60,892 nucleotides of DNA. It comes from a virus. A program made the position numbers and the translations under genes. Below are positions 43,360-51,415 of this stretch, piece after piece. A model generated the notes under the pieces. It did not search any database and had not been told where the DNA came from. It was given only the letters and a program-made list of their open reading frames with translations. Numbering within the stretch: the first letter of the stretch is position 1; the number at the start of each line of letters is the position of its first letter. The stretch covers positions 1 to 60,892 of IMG/VR virus record IMGVR_UViG_3300047160_014297; one strand, written 5' to 3'.

Positions 43360-43686
43360 ATGTCATTTACACTGCATGAAGGAAACACGATCCGCTTAAC
43401 CGCCCAAGGTCAGGACGATAACGGTATCAACCGTGACCTCGACATGTCGAAACAACTGGACTGGGCTGCCAGTAGTGAAGGTATTGTCGCGGTCTCGCCG
43501 GTAGCGGGTACATTGTTCGCCGACCTGTCGTACGTTGGTGCCGGGACAGTCACGATCACGGCAACCGGCGTCAATCTGGCAGGCACGACGGTGACCGGTA
43601 CGATCGGCGGTACAACGGTGGCGAAACCGGTACCTCCGGCCACTCACATTGTGGTTACGGCCGGTCCGGAAGTCCCGATACCTTAA
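43360..43686 (+). CDS. Bacterial Ig-like (Big_2-type) domain protein
   Basis: IRLTAQGQDDNG...LDWAASSEGIVAVSP.G....VGAGTVTITATG is Big_2-like. AGGAGA lies 7 nt upstream of ATG 43360. The open frame extends back to 43240, in frame with 42628..43239. Confidence 0.6.
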   Translation: MSFTLHEGNTIRLTAQGQDDNGINRDLDMSKQLDWAASSEGIVAVSPVAGTLFADLSYVGAGTVTITATGVNLAGTTVTGTIGGTTVAKPVPPATHIVVTAGPEVPIP

Positions 43687-43724
43687 AATTACCGTAAAAT
43701 CCCATAGAAAGGAGGAGCAACTGT

Positions 43725-43913
43725 ATGTTTGATCCGTCAAGTGTCGAGTTTCAACTGGTCTCGTCGATGCTGTTTTCAGGTATGGTCGCCGGAGCGGCAA
43801 GTGTGAAGAATCCGGCCAGTATCCGTAAGGCGCTGGCTACGCTGGAAACCATCAAAACCGATATTGCAGCAGCCGAGGCGGTACTCCAATCGAACCTCGG
43901 CCCGACACCCTGA
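43725..43913 (+). CDS. Small hydrophobic protein
   Basis: AAAGGAGG lies upstream. It is 62 aa with one hydrophobic segment, and converges on the lysis genes. Confidence 0.6.
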   Translation: MFDPSSVEFQLVSSMLFSGMVAGAASVKNPASIRKALATLETIKTDIAAAEAVLQSNLGPTP

Positions 43914-43928
43914 TCCGCCATCTACTGC

Positions 43929-44207
43929 CTACGGTTTGGTTTCGACGGTACCGGACGGGGTCTGAACCAACGGCTTGGTCTCCGGCTTGGTCTCCGTCCT
44001 GGTGTCGCTCACCACATCCTGTTTAATCAACGCCAGCAACGCGCCGAGCGTCATGGCGGCCTGCGTCTGTGCCCATATAATAAACGTCATGTCGTCGCCG
44101 CCCGCATCCGACTTATGGATCAAATGGACACATAAGAGGACGGTCGCGACGAACAGGCCGGAAAGTAAGAGTTTATCGAAGTGTTTCGACCCCATCAGGG
44201 ACTTCAT
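43929..44207 (-). CDS. Holin-like membrane protein (two transmembrane segments)
   Basis: LLLSGLFVATVLLCVHLI and AAMTLGALLALI are followed by a charged tail. The gene overlaps the endolysin 3' end. Confidence 0.5.
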   Translation of the reverse strand: MKSLMGSKHFDKLLLSGLFVATVLLCVHLIHKSDAGGDDMTFIIWAQTQAAMTLGALLALIKQDVVSDTRTETKPETKPLVQTPSGTVETKP

Positions 44208-44637
44208 TGTTGTGGCTCCCCCCGGTACGCATCATCACCGATAACCGTTCGGCCCTCGCTCCGACTTGAGAGGCCCAGGTCGAATCTAACATCTCCGTTG
44301 CAGCGAGGTCGTAATTTCCGGATTCCGCGGCTGCCAGCATATTGTGGAACCCCATCAACCGGGACACGCCCATATTGAAGCACATGTTCGCCAAAACCTG
44401 CTGCCTCACACCTGACATATCAGTCCACCAAGGTATCGAGCGGTCCAGGTCCGACTGTACTTGCTGAATATCGTTATCGAGTAAGTACATGGCCTCGTCG
44501 TTCGATAGACCTACGTCGGTAAGGTTGCGGCCGACACCTACTGTAACCTTGCCTACAGTGTCGATGTAGGGTTTCAACTTCAAACCCTCGTCGACTATCA
44601 ATTGAGACTTTAGGGATTCTGTATCTTGTGTGTTCAT
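44173..44637 (-). CDS. Endolysin, T4-type lysozyme (GH24)
   Basis: IVDEGLKLKPYIDTVGKVTVGVGRNL carries the Glu/Asp/Thr catalytic pattern of T4 lysozyme. ANMCFNMG is also present. Confidence 0.85.
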   Translation of the reverse strand: MNTQDTESLKSQLIVDEGLKLKPYIDTVGKVTVGVGRNLTDVGLSNDEAMYLLDNDIQQVQSDLDRSIPWWTDMSGVRQQVLANMCFNMGVSRLMGFHNMLAAAESGNYDLAATEMLDSTWASQVGARAERLSVMMRTGGSHNNEVPDGVETLR

Positions 44638-44645
44638 ACCGTGGA

Positions 44646-44674
44646 ATTGTCAGTTATTAAAGGCAAAATGTCAA
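44646..44674 (-). promoter_or_regulatory. Sigma70-like promoter TTGACA-17 nt-GACAAT, 8 nt upstream of the endolysin ATG
   Basis: Reverse complement of 44669-44674 is TTGACA and of 44646-44651 is GACAAT. It lies in an AT-rich stretch. Confidence 0.45.
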
Positions 44675-44767
44675 ATTTTCAATAAAAGTTGAAGATAAAT
44701 TAAAAATTATGAACGTACTTACAAGGTAAGGCCACGGTGTAAACGGACAAGCCCCTGGACAATGGTG

Positions 44768-44805
44768 ACTATAGCGGTAACTACTATAGTGGTAATCACT
44801 ATAGT
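44768..44805. repeat. About 2.5 tandem copies of a 15-bp unit, ACTATAG(C/T)GGTAA(C/T)N, giving three ACTATAG(T) boxes exactly 15 bp apart
   Basis: gACTATAGcggtaact ACTATAGTggtaatc ACTATAGTacg. ACTATAGT is itself a palindrome. Confidence 0.85.
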
Positions 44806-44843
44806 ACGCACACGAGGCACCGTCAAAAGGTAGGCTCGCTACT

Positions 44844-44855
44844 GTGAGTACTCAC
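44844..44855. repeat. Perfect 12-bp palindrome GTGAGTACTCAC
   Basis: Read directly in the intergenic control region. Confidence 0.8.
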
Positions 44856-44887
44856 TAACACATACTAACAAGGTAGTACGAACGGGA

Positions 44888-44900
44888 CGTAGACACTACG
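44888..44900. repeat. One-mismatch palindrome copy CGTAGACACTACG (intergenic control region)
   Basis: Read directly. It shares the flank ...CTACGTTACCGG with the copy at 55480. Confidence 0.7.
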
Positions 44901-45058
44901 TTACCGGACAAGTGACAGACAGGTGGCGGACAACCGACTACGGACAAGCGCAGTTCGTTGGGACAAGAATATATATGATTTTACGGTACTGTGGTTGCTA
45001 AGGTAAGTGTAAGTCCGTGATATGACGGACGGCACATCAACGGGTTACGAACAATGGT

Positions 45059-45108
45059 ATGGAAAGTTTCCATGGTCGTGCAGGTTGCAGCATGGAAAGA
45101 TTCCATGG
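45059..45108. promoter_or_regulatory. Two copies of a 17-bp dyad, ATGGAAAG(T/A)TTCCATGG, 33 bp apart (operator-like), upstream of the first early gene
   Basis: 45059-45075 is atggaaagtttccatgg and 45092-45108 is atggaaagattccatgg. Each has inverted arms ATGGAA(A)/(T)TTCCAT. Confidence 0.65.
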
Positions 45109-45187
45109 AAACGAAGGAGACAAAAGGCGGAGTTCACTGCATTGGGACTCAAAATCAAACGTTCTCTCTGACAAGAAAGGCGGACAG

Positions 45188-45586
45188 ATGACTTACACGA
45201 TAGACCACGAGCAAGTAGACAAGATTAGGCAATGGTTCGATACCGGCCGCGGAGTCAAGGTATGGACTAATCTGGAGATAGCATCGGGTGCGAGCAGAGA
45301 GGTCTTCACTCCGGCAGACCACGAAACGGCGCCGAGTTGGAGATATGGGGAGCCGAAAGTACTGCAGGTATCGGATATCGAAGTACGGACGTCGACGGTT
45401 CTGCAGTCGTTTCGCGGGAGATTCAAGGCGATGTATTGGGGACCGTGGGTACAAGACGCTACAGAGAAGAAAGCCCAGCGTCTCTGCAAGTATTGGAATG
45501 TGCCAGAGGATAGCTGGCGATGGGAACCAATCGGTGACGGATTGGTAATGGTTGAGATTCTAAAGAGTGAGGTCGCACCATTATGA
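45188..45586 (+). CDS. Hypothetical early protein
   Basis: Start is taken at ATG 45188 (GAAAGG upstream). The track start at 45059 lies inside the operator-like palindromes. Confidence 0.6.
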   Translation: MTYTIDHEQVDKIRQWFDTGRGVKVWTNLEIASGASREVFTPADHETAPSWRYGEPKVLQVSDIEVRTSTVLQSFRGRFKAMYWGPWVQDATEKKAQRLCKYWNVPEDSWRWEPIGDGLVMVEILKSEVAPL

Positions 45587-46542
45587 AGACAGTAAACATT
45601 TACCAGAAACAGTTAGAAGTACTTGCCGGTAGGTCAAGCAAAAAGGTAGCAAACAACACTTGGTTGCAGGTACGGCCAAACGAAGGAGAGAACGGGGTTA
45701 TCGCGCTGAAATACCACGATACGGACGTCGTGACGTACAACAGTAACGGATTGGTGGTAATGGATACTGGCGGTTGGAGGACCAGCACAACGAAATTACG
45801 GTTTAACGAGTCCTACGCGAAATTGCCTGTGTCGGTGTGGGCGAATAAGGGAGTTTGGTTTGTCTCGATGGCCAATGACTTCGTCGAGCCTAGGCAAAGA
45901 CGGTTTAGTTGCTACTCGTGTCCTCACCATTGGACAGCAGACGCGACACTCTCCGAGATTACGAATAACCTGTCAGGGGAGAAATCGGAGTTTTGCCCCA
46001 AGTGCGGCAAGAAATACGGCTACGCGTCAAGTTACTTGTGTCACGAGTACGCGTTTGAAGACGGGTTCTCGTTCGTCGAAAAGGACGGCAATTACTTGGT
46101 GGATATGTCGACGGTCGGCGAGGACCCGAAGAAGAGCCGCAAGCTACGCAAGAAAGTGCAGACCTATGCCGCGGGATTTATCAGCGCATTGTTTGCCGGT
46201 AAAGTTGGTCCGCCTAGTGCCGGAGACTGTTTCTACTGTCAAATGAGAACAGTAGACGGTAACGTCCCGCTGGGCGAGCAAGTCAAGGATAGGTCGCACA
46301 TCGAAGGGCATATCGCGGAAAAGTACTACGTACCGTCACTACTGGTAAGAGCCACCGAAGTAATGCCGTGCAGTCAGGCAATGAAATGGGCGATCGGTGA
46401 ACAGTGGCAAGCGCCAAAATCGGACGGGCAAAAGGTAATGGATAAGATTGATAGTGGATGGTCTCAGCATGACTTTATCAGGGTGGAGTTGGTGAAAATG
46501 GTCCAACGGTACGTGTTGAGACAGTTAGGGGAGGTGAGCTAA
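45583..46542 (+). CDS. Hypothetical early protein with Cys-rich motifs
   Basis: 319 aa with ATGA coupling. GGWRTSTTKLRFN, CYSCPHH...CPKCG and CFYCQ are present. The function was not recognised. Confidence 0.7.
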   Translation: MKTVNIYQKQLEVLAGRSSKKVANNTWLQVRPNEGENGVIALKYHDTDVVTYNSNGLVVMDTGGWRTSTTKLRFNESYAKLPVSVWANKGVWFVSMANDFVEPRQRRFSCYSCPHHWTADATLSEITNNLSGEKSEFCPKCGKKYGYASSYLCHEYAFEDGFSFVEKDGNYLVDMSTVGEDPKKSRKLRKKVQTYAAGFISALFAGKVGPPSAGDCFYCQMRTVDGNVPLGEQVKDRSHIEGHIAEKYYVPSLLVRATEVMPCSQAMKWAIGEQWQAPKSDGQKVMDKIDSGWSQHDFIRVELVKMVQRYVLRQLGEVS

Positions 46543-46615
46543 CCATGCGCCAAAAATGTACAGAGTGCAGAGAGTTTTCGATTCCTGGTCTGTATCGTTA
46601 CCTACAGGAGGCAGA

Positions 46616-47317
46616 ATGACACCGGAATACATCTTAAGATGTTCACTCGGCCGCATGGAACGGGAATGGACAATCGAAGCATGGAGGAATCCGGACAGAC
46701 GCTGGTCACAACCGGCTAACATGCGACGATCGGCCGATCTTGAAATTGCAAATCTAGGATGGTCTCACGAATACGCAGAACCAGGATACACTCAGCCGAC
46801 ATCGAAGGGCATTCTGTTTGCAAATTGGAATTACTTTCCACAAGCAGCACTAGACCTGCTCGAGCGCAAAGGGTTCTCAATCGAATGGTCTGACGAATGG
46901 ACGAACTGTTCAGATTGCAATCGCGCGCTTAGGACTTCGGCCGATTCGTTCTGCTGGGAACCAGCATACGAGGAAACAAACGGAGCGCTGTTGTGCTTCG
47001 ACTGTTCAGGCAAAACAGACCGCGATAAGACACGCGCCAAGCACGAAGAAATTGTTAGCTGTCCCGGAAAGTTCGAAGGCGAATCTGCGTTTGTGTCCTA
47101 CTTCTGGGAACAGAGTTTAGATGGCCTTTTTTCGCACATCGATTTTGCGGACGAGTCTCTCGACTATTGCGAGATCTCAGAAGACGATGCGCGAATCTTC
47201 CCCGACCTAAAAGACGACATCGGTAAATTCATCGTGCTCGGCGAATCTGAACAAGGTTTCGTTCGCGGACGCATCGTAGACGCGGACCAGATTGCCAGAT
47301 GGGAGCATGAAGCATAG
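46616..47317 (+). CDS. Hypothetical early protein
   Basis: AGGAGG lies 6 nt upstream of ATG 46616. The protein contains CSDCN...CFDCSG. Confidence 0.65.
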   Translation: MTPEYILRCSLGRMEREWTIEAWRNPDRRWSQPANMRRSADLEIANLGWSHEYAEPGYTQPTSKGILFANWNYFPQAALDLLERKGFSIEWSDEWTNCSDCNRALRTSADSFCWEPAYEETNGALLCFDCSGKTDRDKTRAKHEEIVSCPGKFEGESAFVSYFWEQSLDGLFSHIDFADESLDYCEISEDDARIFPDLKDDIGKFIVLGESEQGFVRGRIVDADQIARWEHEA

Positions 47318-47329
47318 GAGCGGTTTTAA

Positions 47330-47461
47330 ATGATCTGCAACTACTGTGAAGACTTCCATACGGCCGAATGCGTCACAGATGGAAAGTTCGTCTGCTTTGA
47401 CTGTGCGGCCGACTTGTTAGCCACGGATCCATTTTTAAACTTTCAAAGGATTGGAGAGTAA
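47330..47461 (+). CDS. 43-aa Cys-rich protein (below the ORF-track cutoff)
   Basis: Translation starts MICNYCEDFHTAECVTDGKFVCFDCAADL. TAGGAG is upstream. Confidence 0.4.
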   Translation: MICNYCEDFHTAECVTDGKFVCFDCAADLLATDPFLNFQRIGE

Positions 47462-47465
47462 ACAA

Positions 47466-47702
47466 ATGAGCACAATAACTTACGAATGTCCAAAGTGTAA
47501 AGAACAGGTTGCAGGACCAGTGAATTACTGCGGCATGCTCAAATGTGTGTGGTGTCATACGGCGTTTGAAGCACCAGAGCAACTATTTCAACCAGAACGG
47601 ACAGAAAGTAGAAGAGTTATGACAACAGCGAGTCTCAACCTACAACTGCCTGTGGTCTGCACTCGCGGGACCGATAACGTTACGGTACCCAACCGAAAAT
47701 AG
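47466..47702 (+). CDS. Zinc-ribbon protein
   Basis: CPKC...CVWC is present. GGAGAG is upstream. The gene is followed by a terminator. Confidence 0.55.
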   Translation: MSTITYECPKCKEQVAGPVNYCGMLKCVWCHTAFEAPEQLFQPERTESRRVMTTASLNLQLPVVCTRGTDNVTVPNRK

Positions 47703-47737
47703 GCCGAAATCGGCCCGTACAACCGATTAGTAGGCCA

Positions 47738-47792
47738 CGCCTACACTGAATAGGTTCCAATGGAATCGAACGCAGTGTAGGCGTTTTTGTTT
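47738..47792 (+). terminator. Rho-independent terminator after 47466..47702
   Basis: CGCCTACACTG - 24 nt (with the inner palindrome ttccaatggaa) - CAGTGTAGGCG is followed by TTTTTGTTTG. A small GGCCGA/TCGGCC hairpin sits at 47702-47715. Confidence 0.55.
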
Positions 47793-47826
47793 GCGGAAAG
47801 GTCAGGCGGAGAGGAGCAACCAAGGG

Positions 47827-47979
47827 ATGAGAGAAACCAAGTCGGAACACTTGAAGGAGCACAGTACTTGCGCCGTAAGTGGGTGCCGAAACGAGGCTAC
47901 AATAGTAATGGTTACAGAGCAAGTACAGACCGAAATGTGCCTCGATTGTGTCCTGAACGTAGAGTCTACGGGCGCATAA
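47827..47979 (+). CDS. Small Cys-rich protein
   Basis: GGAGAGGAG lies upstream of ATG 47827. The ORF contains a palindrome copy, read as VEST. Confidence 0.45.
   Translation: MRETKSEHLKEHSTCAVSGCRNEATIVMVTEQVQTEMCLDCVLNVESTGA
47958..47970. repeat. Palindrome copy CGTAGAGTCTACG (inside 47827..47979, read as VEST)
   Basis: Read directly. Confidence 0.95.
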
Positions 47980-48116
47980 AAAAGTAATAAGTCATTGGTA
48001 GGGGTACCGGGCAACTTTTTCTGACCCGGAGGTCGGATTTGGCCCAAAAACGAGGTGATTCGTAAAGATTTTATGGGTCAAATTTCCGGGTGCAAACTAT
48101 ATAAATTTCCGTCCAA

Positions 48117-48145
48117 TTAACCTTTTTCTCAAAAAGTAGTAGAAT
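48117..48145 (+). promoter_or_regulatory. Sigma70-like promoter TTAACC-17 nt-TAGAAT upstream of the 48.3-50.9 kb gene block
   Basis: Read directly in an AT-rich intergenic region (47.98-48.31 kb). Confidence 0.45.
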
Positions 48146-48309
48146 ATATATATACTCTGATACGGTTTGGAAAGTAGATTTGGTTGGAGGGAAATTTATA
48201 TAGTTTGGGCGACAAACGGCGGTTTGAATCGACCGGAAATCGGTGAGGTCGAGTCGGCGGTATCCGATTTCGAACAGAAACAGGCCGCCATAACGAAAGG
48301 AGAGACGGA

Positions 48310-48729
48310 ATGGGTAAAAAGACGGTCTACGATGTCGGCGCGTCCTGGGGCCATTTAAAGGTGGTTTTTTCCGGCCGTGCCGAACGGTATGTTCCGGGTC
48401 CAGGCGGGGGTGAGATGTCGAACGATGAGTTCATCCAGGTCGAGTGTGACTGTGAAGGGAAAATGAAGGGGCCAGGAACGATGAAGATTTGGCTGGACGA
48501 CTTTCCGGGAAAAAAGAAGGTGCTGGATTGCGGCTGCGGGATATCGAACATGGACGGCGCCACCATTTTAATCAGTGCGACGGTGCCGACAGAGACGAGG
48601 GTTGCTTTGAAAGAGTACAGCAGGAAGGAAGGGATTAGTTTTAGCAGGGCGATAGTGGAATTAGTGAGACTTGCGTTGAAAGGAGACAGAGCAAGTGATT
48701 CAAATAAGACCAAAAGTAATCGAAGGTAG
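48310..48729 (+). CDS. Ribbon-helix-helix (CopG/Arc-like) DNA-binding protein with a Cys-rich N-terminal domain
   Basis: The C-terminus TVPTETRVALKEYSRKEGISFSRAIVELVRLAL fits an RHH fold. AAAGGAGAG is upstream. Confidence 0.55.
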   Translation: MGKKTVYDVGASWGHLKVVFSGRAERYVPGPGGGEMSNDEFIQVECDCEGKMKGPGTMKIWLDDFPGKKKVLDCGCGISNMDGATILISATVPTETRVALKEYSRKEGISFSRAIVELVRLALKGDRASDSNKTKSNRR

Positions 48730-48925
48730 CCGGGAGGTGTTTCATGTCTGCGGGTACTACGTGCGGAACACCAAGAAACGAAGAGACGTTGTGCAGGCAG
48801 ATTACTATGTCATGCACCGGTCGACCGGAGAAGCGATCAAGGCTGTGTTGGAGAACAATCACATGGATTTGACGTTCAGGCACGAGATTGCACGGCAAAT
48901 TGTGAAACACGAAACAGAAGATTAG
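48695..48925 (+). CDS. Hypothetical protein
   Basis: GTG start with AAAGGAGA upstream. 76 aa. Confidence 0.55.
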   Translation: MIQIRPKVIEGSREVFHVCGYYVRNTKKRRDVVQADYYVMHRSTGEAIKAVLENNHMDLTFRHEIARQIVKHETED

Positions 48926-48939
48926 AACGGAGGATTGAA

Positions 48940-49236
48940 ATGGCGGACATTATTCGAGTGATCCGGATTGTAGAGATTGTCGGTGAACGGTCGAGAGTCG
49001 AGAAGCAAGTTGAAAGGAGTCTGCACGGAACGAGGCGGATCAGTGATCAGTTGGCGATACATGCGGAGACGCTAGGGGTGGTGCCGGAGTCGGCGATGTC
49101 GGACAGTAACGGAGAGTTGCTGGAAAAGATTGCCGAAGTACTGACTGACTATAAAGAGGGGTCTTACGTGACAGTGGTCGACGACATCAAAAGCCTGATG
49201 CGGAGTTGGAAGGGATGGGAGGGACATGATGCCTAA
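48940..49236 (+). CDS. Hypothetical protein
   Basis: 98-aa ORF with GGAGGA upstream. Confidence 0.6.
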   Translation: MADIIRVIRIVEIVGERSRVEKQVERSLHGTRRISDQLAIHAETLGVVPESAMSDSNGELLEKIAEVLTDYKEGSYVTVVDDIKSLMRSWKGWEGHDA

Positions 49237-50887
49237 ACTGGGGTTTGCAAATATTGGCGGAAACGATGAACCAGTACCAGAAGTCGGTGGGGCTGTCGGT
49301 ACCGACGAACAACAGACAATCTGGAAGGTCGGTTGCAATCCGGATGGGCCGCACATGATTGTCAATGCCGTGGCAGGGTCAGGTAAGACGTTTACCGGGG
49401 TGGAACTCTGTAAACGGTTACCGGCGACAAGTAAGGTCGGGTTCGTCGCGTTTAATAAGCATATCGCCACTGAATTGAAGTCGAAATTGCAGGGTCACTC
49501 GAACGTCCAGGCCATGACTTACCATTCGCTTGGGTTGCAAGCCATCAAAAGTAAGCTGGGGTTTGTCGACGTGGATCAGTACCGGCTGGATGGAATTTTA
49601 GACAAGTGGAGCTGGCCCAAAGATTGGGAAGATTCCAAAATACGGTACGTGGGCGCCCGGACGCGCCGGATGGTGTCGGTTGCCAAACAGTACGGTGCAT
49701 GGTCGCGTGAGGAGTTGGAACGGCTGGTCGACCATCACGATATTGATTTGAACGGGATTGAGGAGGATGTGCTGACGCTGGTACCGGCCGTATTGAAGAA
49801 GTGTCTGGAGTTTGGGAAAAGAAAGACGGTCGATTTTGACGACATGGTCTGGTTGCCGAAGGAATTGAAATTGAAGATGGCCGGGTTTGACGTGCTGTTG
49901 ATCGATGAGGCACAGGACACCAATTTGAGTCAACAGTGGTTGGCGTTGAACAGTGCCAAGCGGTTGGTCGTGATCGGTGACCCGCACCAAGCGATTTACG
50001 GGTTCCGCGGTTCTGATAGTAGGTCGATGGCACGGTTGAAAGAAGAGTTGGGCAAGTCCGATCGTGGCGTCATTGAACTGGGGTTGAGCTTCACTCGGCG
50101 GTGTCCCAAGTTACACGTCAAGATGGCACAGAAGATTGTGCCTCAGATTCAAGCGTTACCGGAAGCGCCGGAAGGTGTGGTGAGGGTAGAGTCTACCGAA
50201 CAGGCGCTAGAAGGGATGAGGGCGGGCGACTTGGTGATTTGTCGGGTCAATGCGCCGTTACTGGAGACGGCGTACTCGTTACTGAAGATGGGTAAAAGGG
50301 CAGTGGTCAGAGGCGGGGATATCGGCGAGGGGTTGAAACGGTTGATTGAACAGGCGTGTAAGAGGGTCGCAATGACAGATAGTAAGCAACAGTACTTGGC
50401 GGAGATGTTGACCGCGGCCGAAATGATTACCAGTGAACAGGTACAGAAGCTGGAGAAAAAGGGTAAGAGCGAAAACAAGATTGCGTCCGCACAAGACAGG
50501 TTGAGTTGTCTTGAAGTGCTGGCGCTCGATCACACGTCGGTGGATCAGTTGCTGATTACCATTAACAAGTTGTTCAGCGACTTTGATGACGATGGTAAGC
50601 CCGTACAAGCGATCGTACTGGGGACTGTTCATAGAACAAAGGGTTTGGAAGGGTACCGGGTGTACGTACTGGAACCGGCGAAAATTCCCCATCCCATGGC
50701 GAAGAAGGAATGGGAACGGGAGCAGGAATTGAATTTGGCTTACGTTGCCTGTACTAGATCGAAATGGGGCGAGGTTACCGAAACAGGGATTGGGTTCACT
50801 GGTAACAAGAAAACCTACAGCGGCGAGTTGATATTTGTCGGTGGCGAGTGTCCACGATGTTACGGGAAACTACACCATCACCGATAA
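49226..50887 (+). CDS. Superfamily 1 DNA helicase (UvrD/PcrA/Rep-like)
   Basis: Helicase motifs are AVAGSGKTF (I), VLLIDEAQDT (II), VIGDPHQAIYGFRG (III) and VHRTKGLEG (VI). Confidence 0.88.
   Translation: MMPKLGFANIGGNDEPVPEVGGAVGTDEQQTIWKVGCNPDGPHMIVNAVAGSGKTFTGVELCKRLPATSKVGFVAFNKHIATELKSKLQGHSNVQAMTYHSLGLQAIKSKLGFVDVDQYRLDGILDKWSWPKDWEDSKIRYVGARTRRMVSVAKQYGAWSREELERLVDHHDIDLNGIEEDVLTLVPAVLKKCLEFGKRKTVDFDDMVWLPKELKLKMAGFDVLLIDEAQDTNLSQQWLALNSAKRLVVIGDPHQAIYGFRGSDSRSMARLKEELGKSDRGVIELGLSFTRRCPKLHVKMAQKIVPQIQALPEAPEGVVRVESTEQALEGMRAGDLVICRVNAPLLETAYSLLKMGKRAVVRGGDIGEGLKRLIEQACKRVAMTDSKQQYLAEMLTAAEMITSEQVQKLEKKGKSENKIASAQDRLSCLEVLALDHTSVDQLLITINKLFSDFDDDGKPVQAIVLGTVHRTKGLEGYRVYVLEPAKIPHPMAKKEWEREQELNLAYVACTRSKWGEVTETGIGFTGNKKTYSGELIFVGGECPRCYGKLHHHR
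50185..50197. repeat. Palindrome copy GGTAGAGTCTACC (inside the SF1 helicase gene, read as VEST)
   Basis: Read directly. The outer base pair differs, but the sequence is still a perfect palindrome. Confidence 0.9.
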
Positions 50888-50965
50888 GTACCTCCGGGAG
50901 ACTAGACCTAAACGCGCATGGATTGGGGACGATACCCGACCGTGGAATATTTCGGAGATAACCAA

Positions 50966-51244
50966 ATGAAAACGATTTACAAATATCCGGTCCATATCCA
51001 ATCCGGTCAATTCATTTCCCTACCTCAAGGTGCGGAAATCCTCGATATCCAAAAACAACACCAATCGTGGCAACTGTGGGCAATGGTGGAAACCGATCAA
51101 ACCACGTTCTGCACCTATAAGGTTAGCGTGGTTCCAACCGGTATAGAATTGACCAACGAACATCGGGTCGAACATCGGGATTATGTTTGCACCCGGTTAG
51201 ATGGTCCCATGGTTTGGCACTGGTTCATTACGAGGGTCAAGTAA
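50966..51244 (+). CDS. Hypothetical protein
   Basis: Start is taken at ATG 50966 (MKTIYKYPV...), with GGAG upstream. The stop lies inside the first unit of a 13-bp tandem repeat. Confidence 0.6.
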   Translation: MKTIYKYPVHIQSGQFISLPQGAEILDIQKQHQSWQLWAMVETDQTTFCTYKVSVVPTGIELTNEHRVEHRDYVCTRLDGPMVWHWFITRVK

Positions 51245-51272
51245 ATGGGTCAAGTAAATGGGTCAAGTAAAT
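51234..51272. repeat. Tandem repeat, 3 x 13 bp (GGGTCAAGTAAAT), plus a partial 4th unit
   Basis: gggtcaagtaaat occurs three times, then gggttggg. The first unit contains the stop codon of 50966..51244. Confidence 0.95.
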
Positions 51273-51415
51273 GGGTTGGGCATACGAATCCACATCTACC
51301 GTTGTAGAGACTTGAGAACCATGATTTACATTGTGGATGGGCATGACGGGGGCGGTGATGTCGCTGGATGAAGTGGTGGACGGTATCGACCGGCGAGCAC
51401 CGCTACTCGAAGACT

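Larger units (their letters stand above)
44744..44967 (+). repeat. Six same-strand copies of (C/T/G)GGACAA(G/T/C), iteron-like
   Basis: Copies are at 44744, 44756, 44905, 44927, 44941 and 44960. There are further GACAAG/CGGACAG variants just upstream of ATG 45188. Confidence 0.8.

Noticed and set aside
44768-44805. The ACTATAG boxes resemble the 3' end of T7-class promoters (CACTATAG), which would suggest a phage single-subunit RNA polymerase.
   Set aside because: No ORF in the window resembles a single-subunit RNA polymerase, sigma70-like promoters are present, and the similarity is limited to 7-8 nt.
47738-47783. A possible tRNA, because of the ggttccaatggaatcgaac element inside a long stem.
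   Set aside because: No acceptor, D or anticodon arms can be drawn. The 11-bp stem followed by a T-run is better explained as a terminator.
48167-48358. ORF 48167..48358 (TTG start) in the leader downstream of the 48117 promoter.
   Set aside because: It has no SD, overlaps the well-supported start of 48310..48729, and has an unremarkable sequence. It is probably an untranslated leader.
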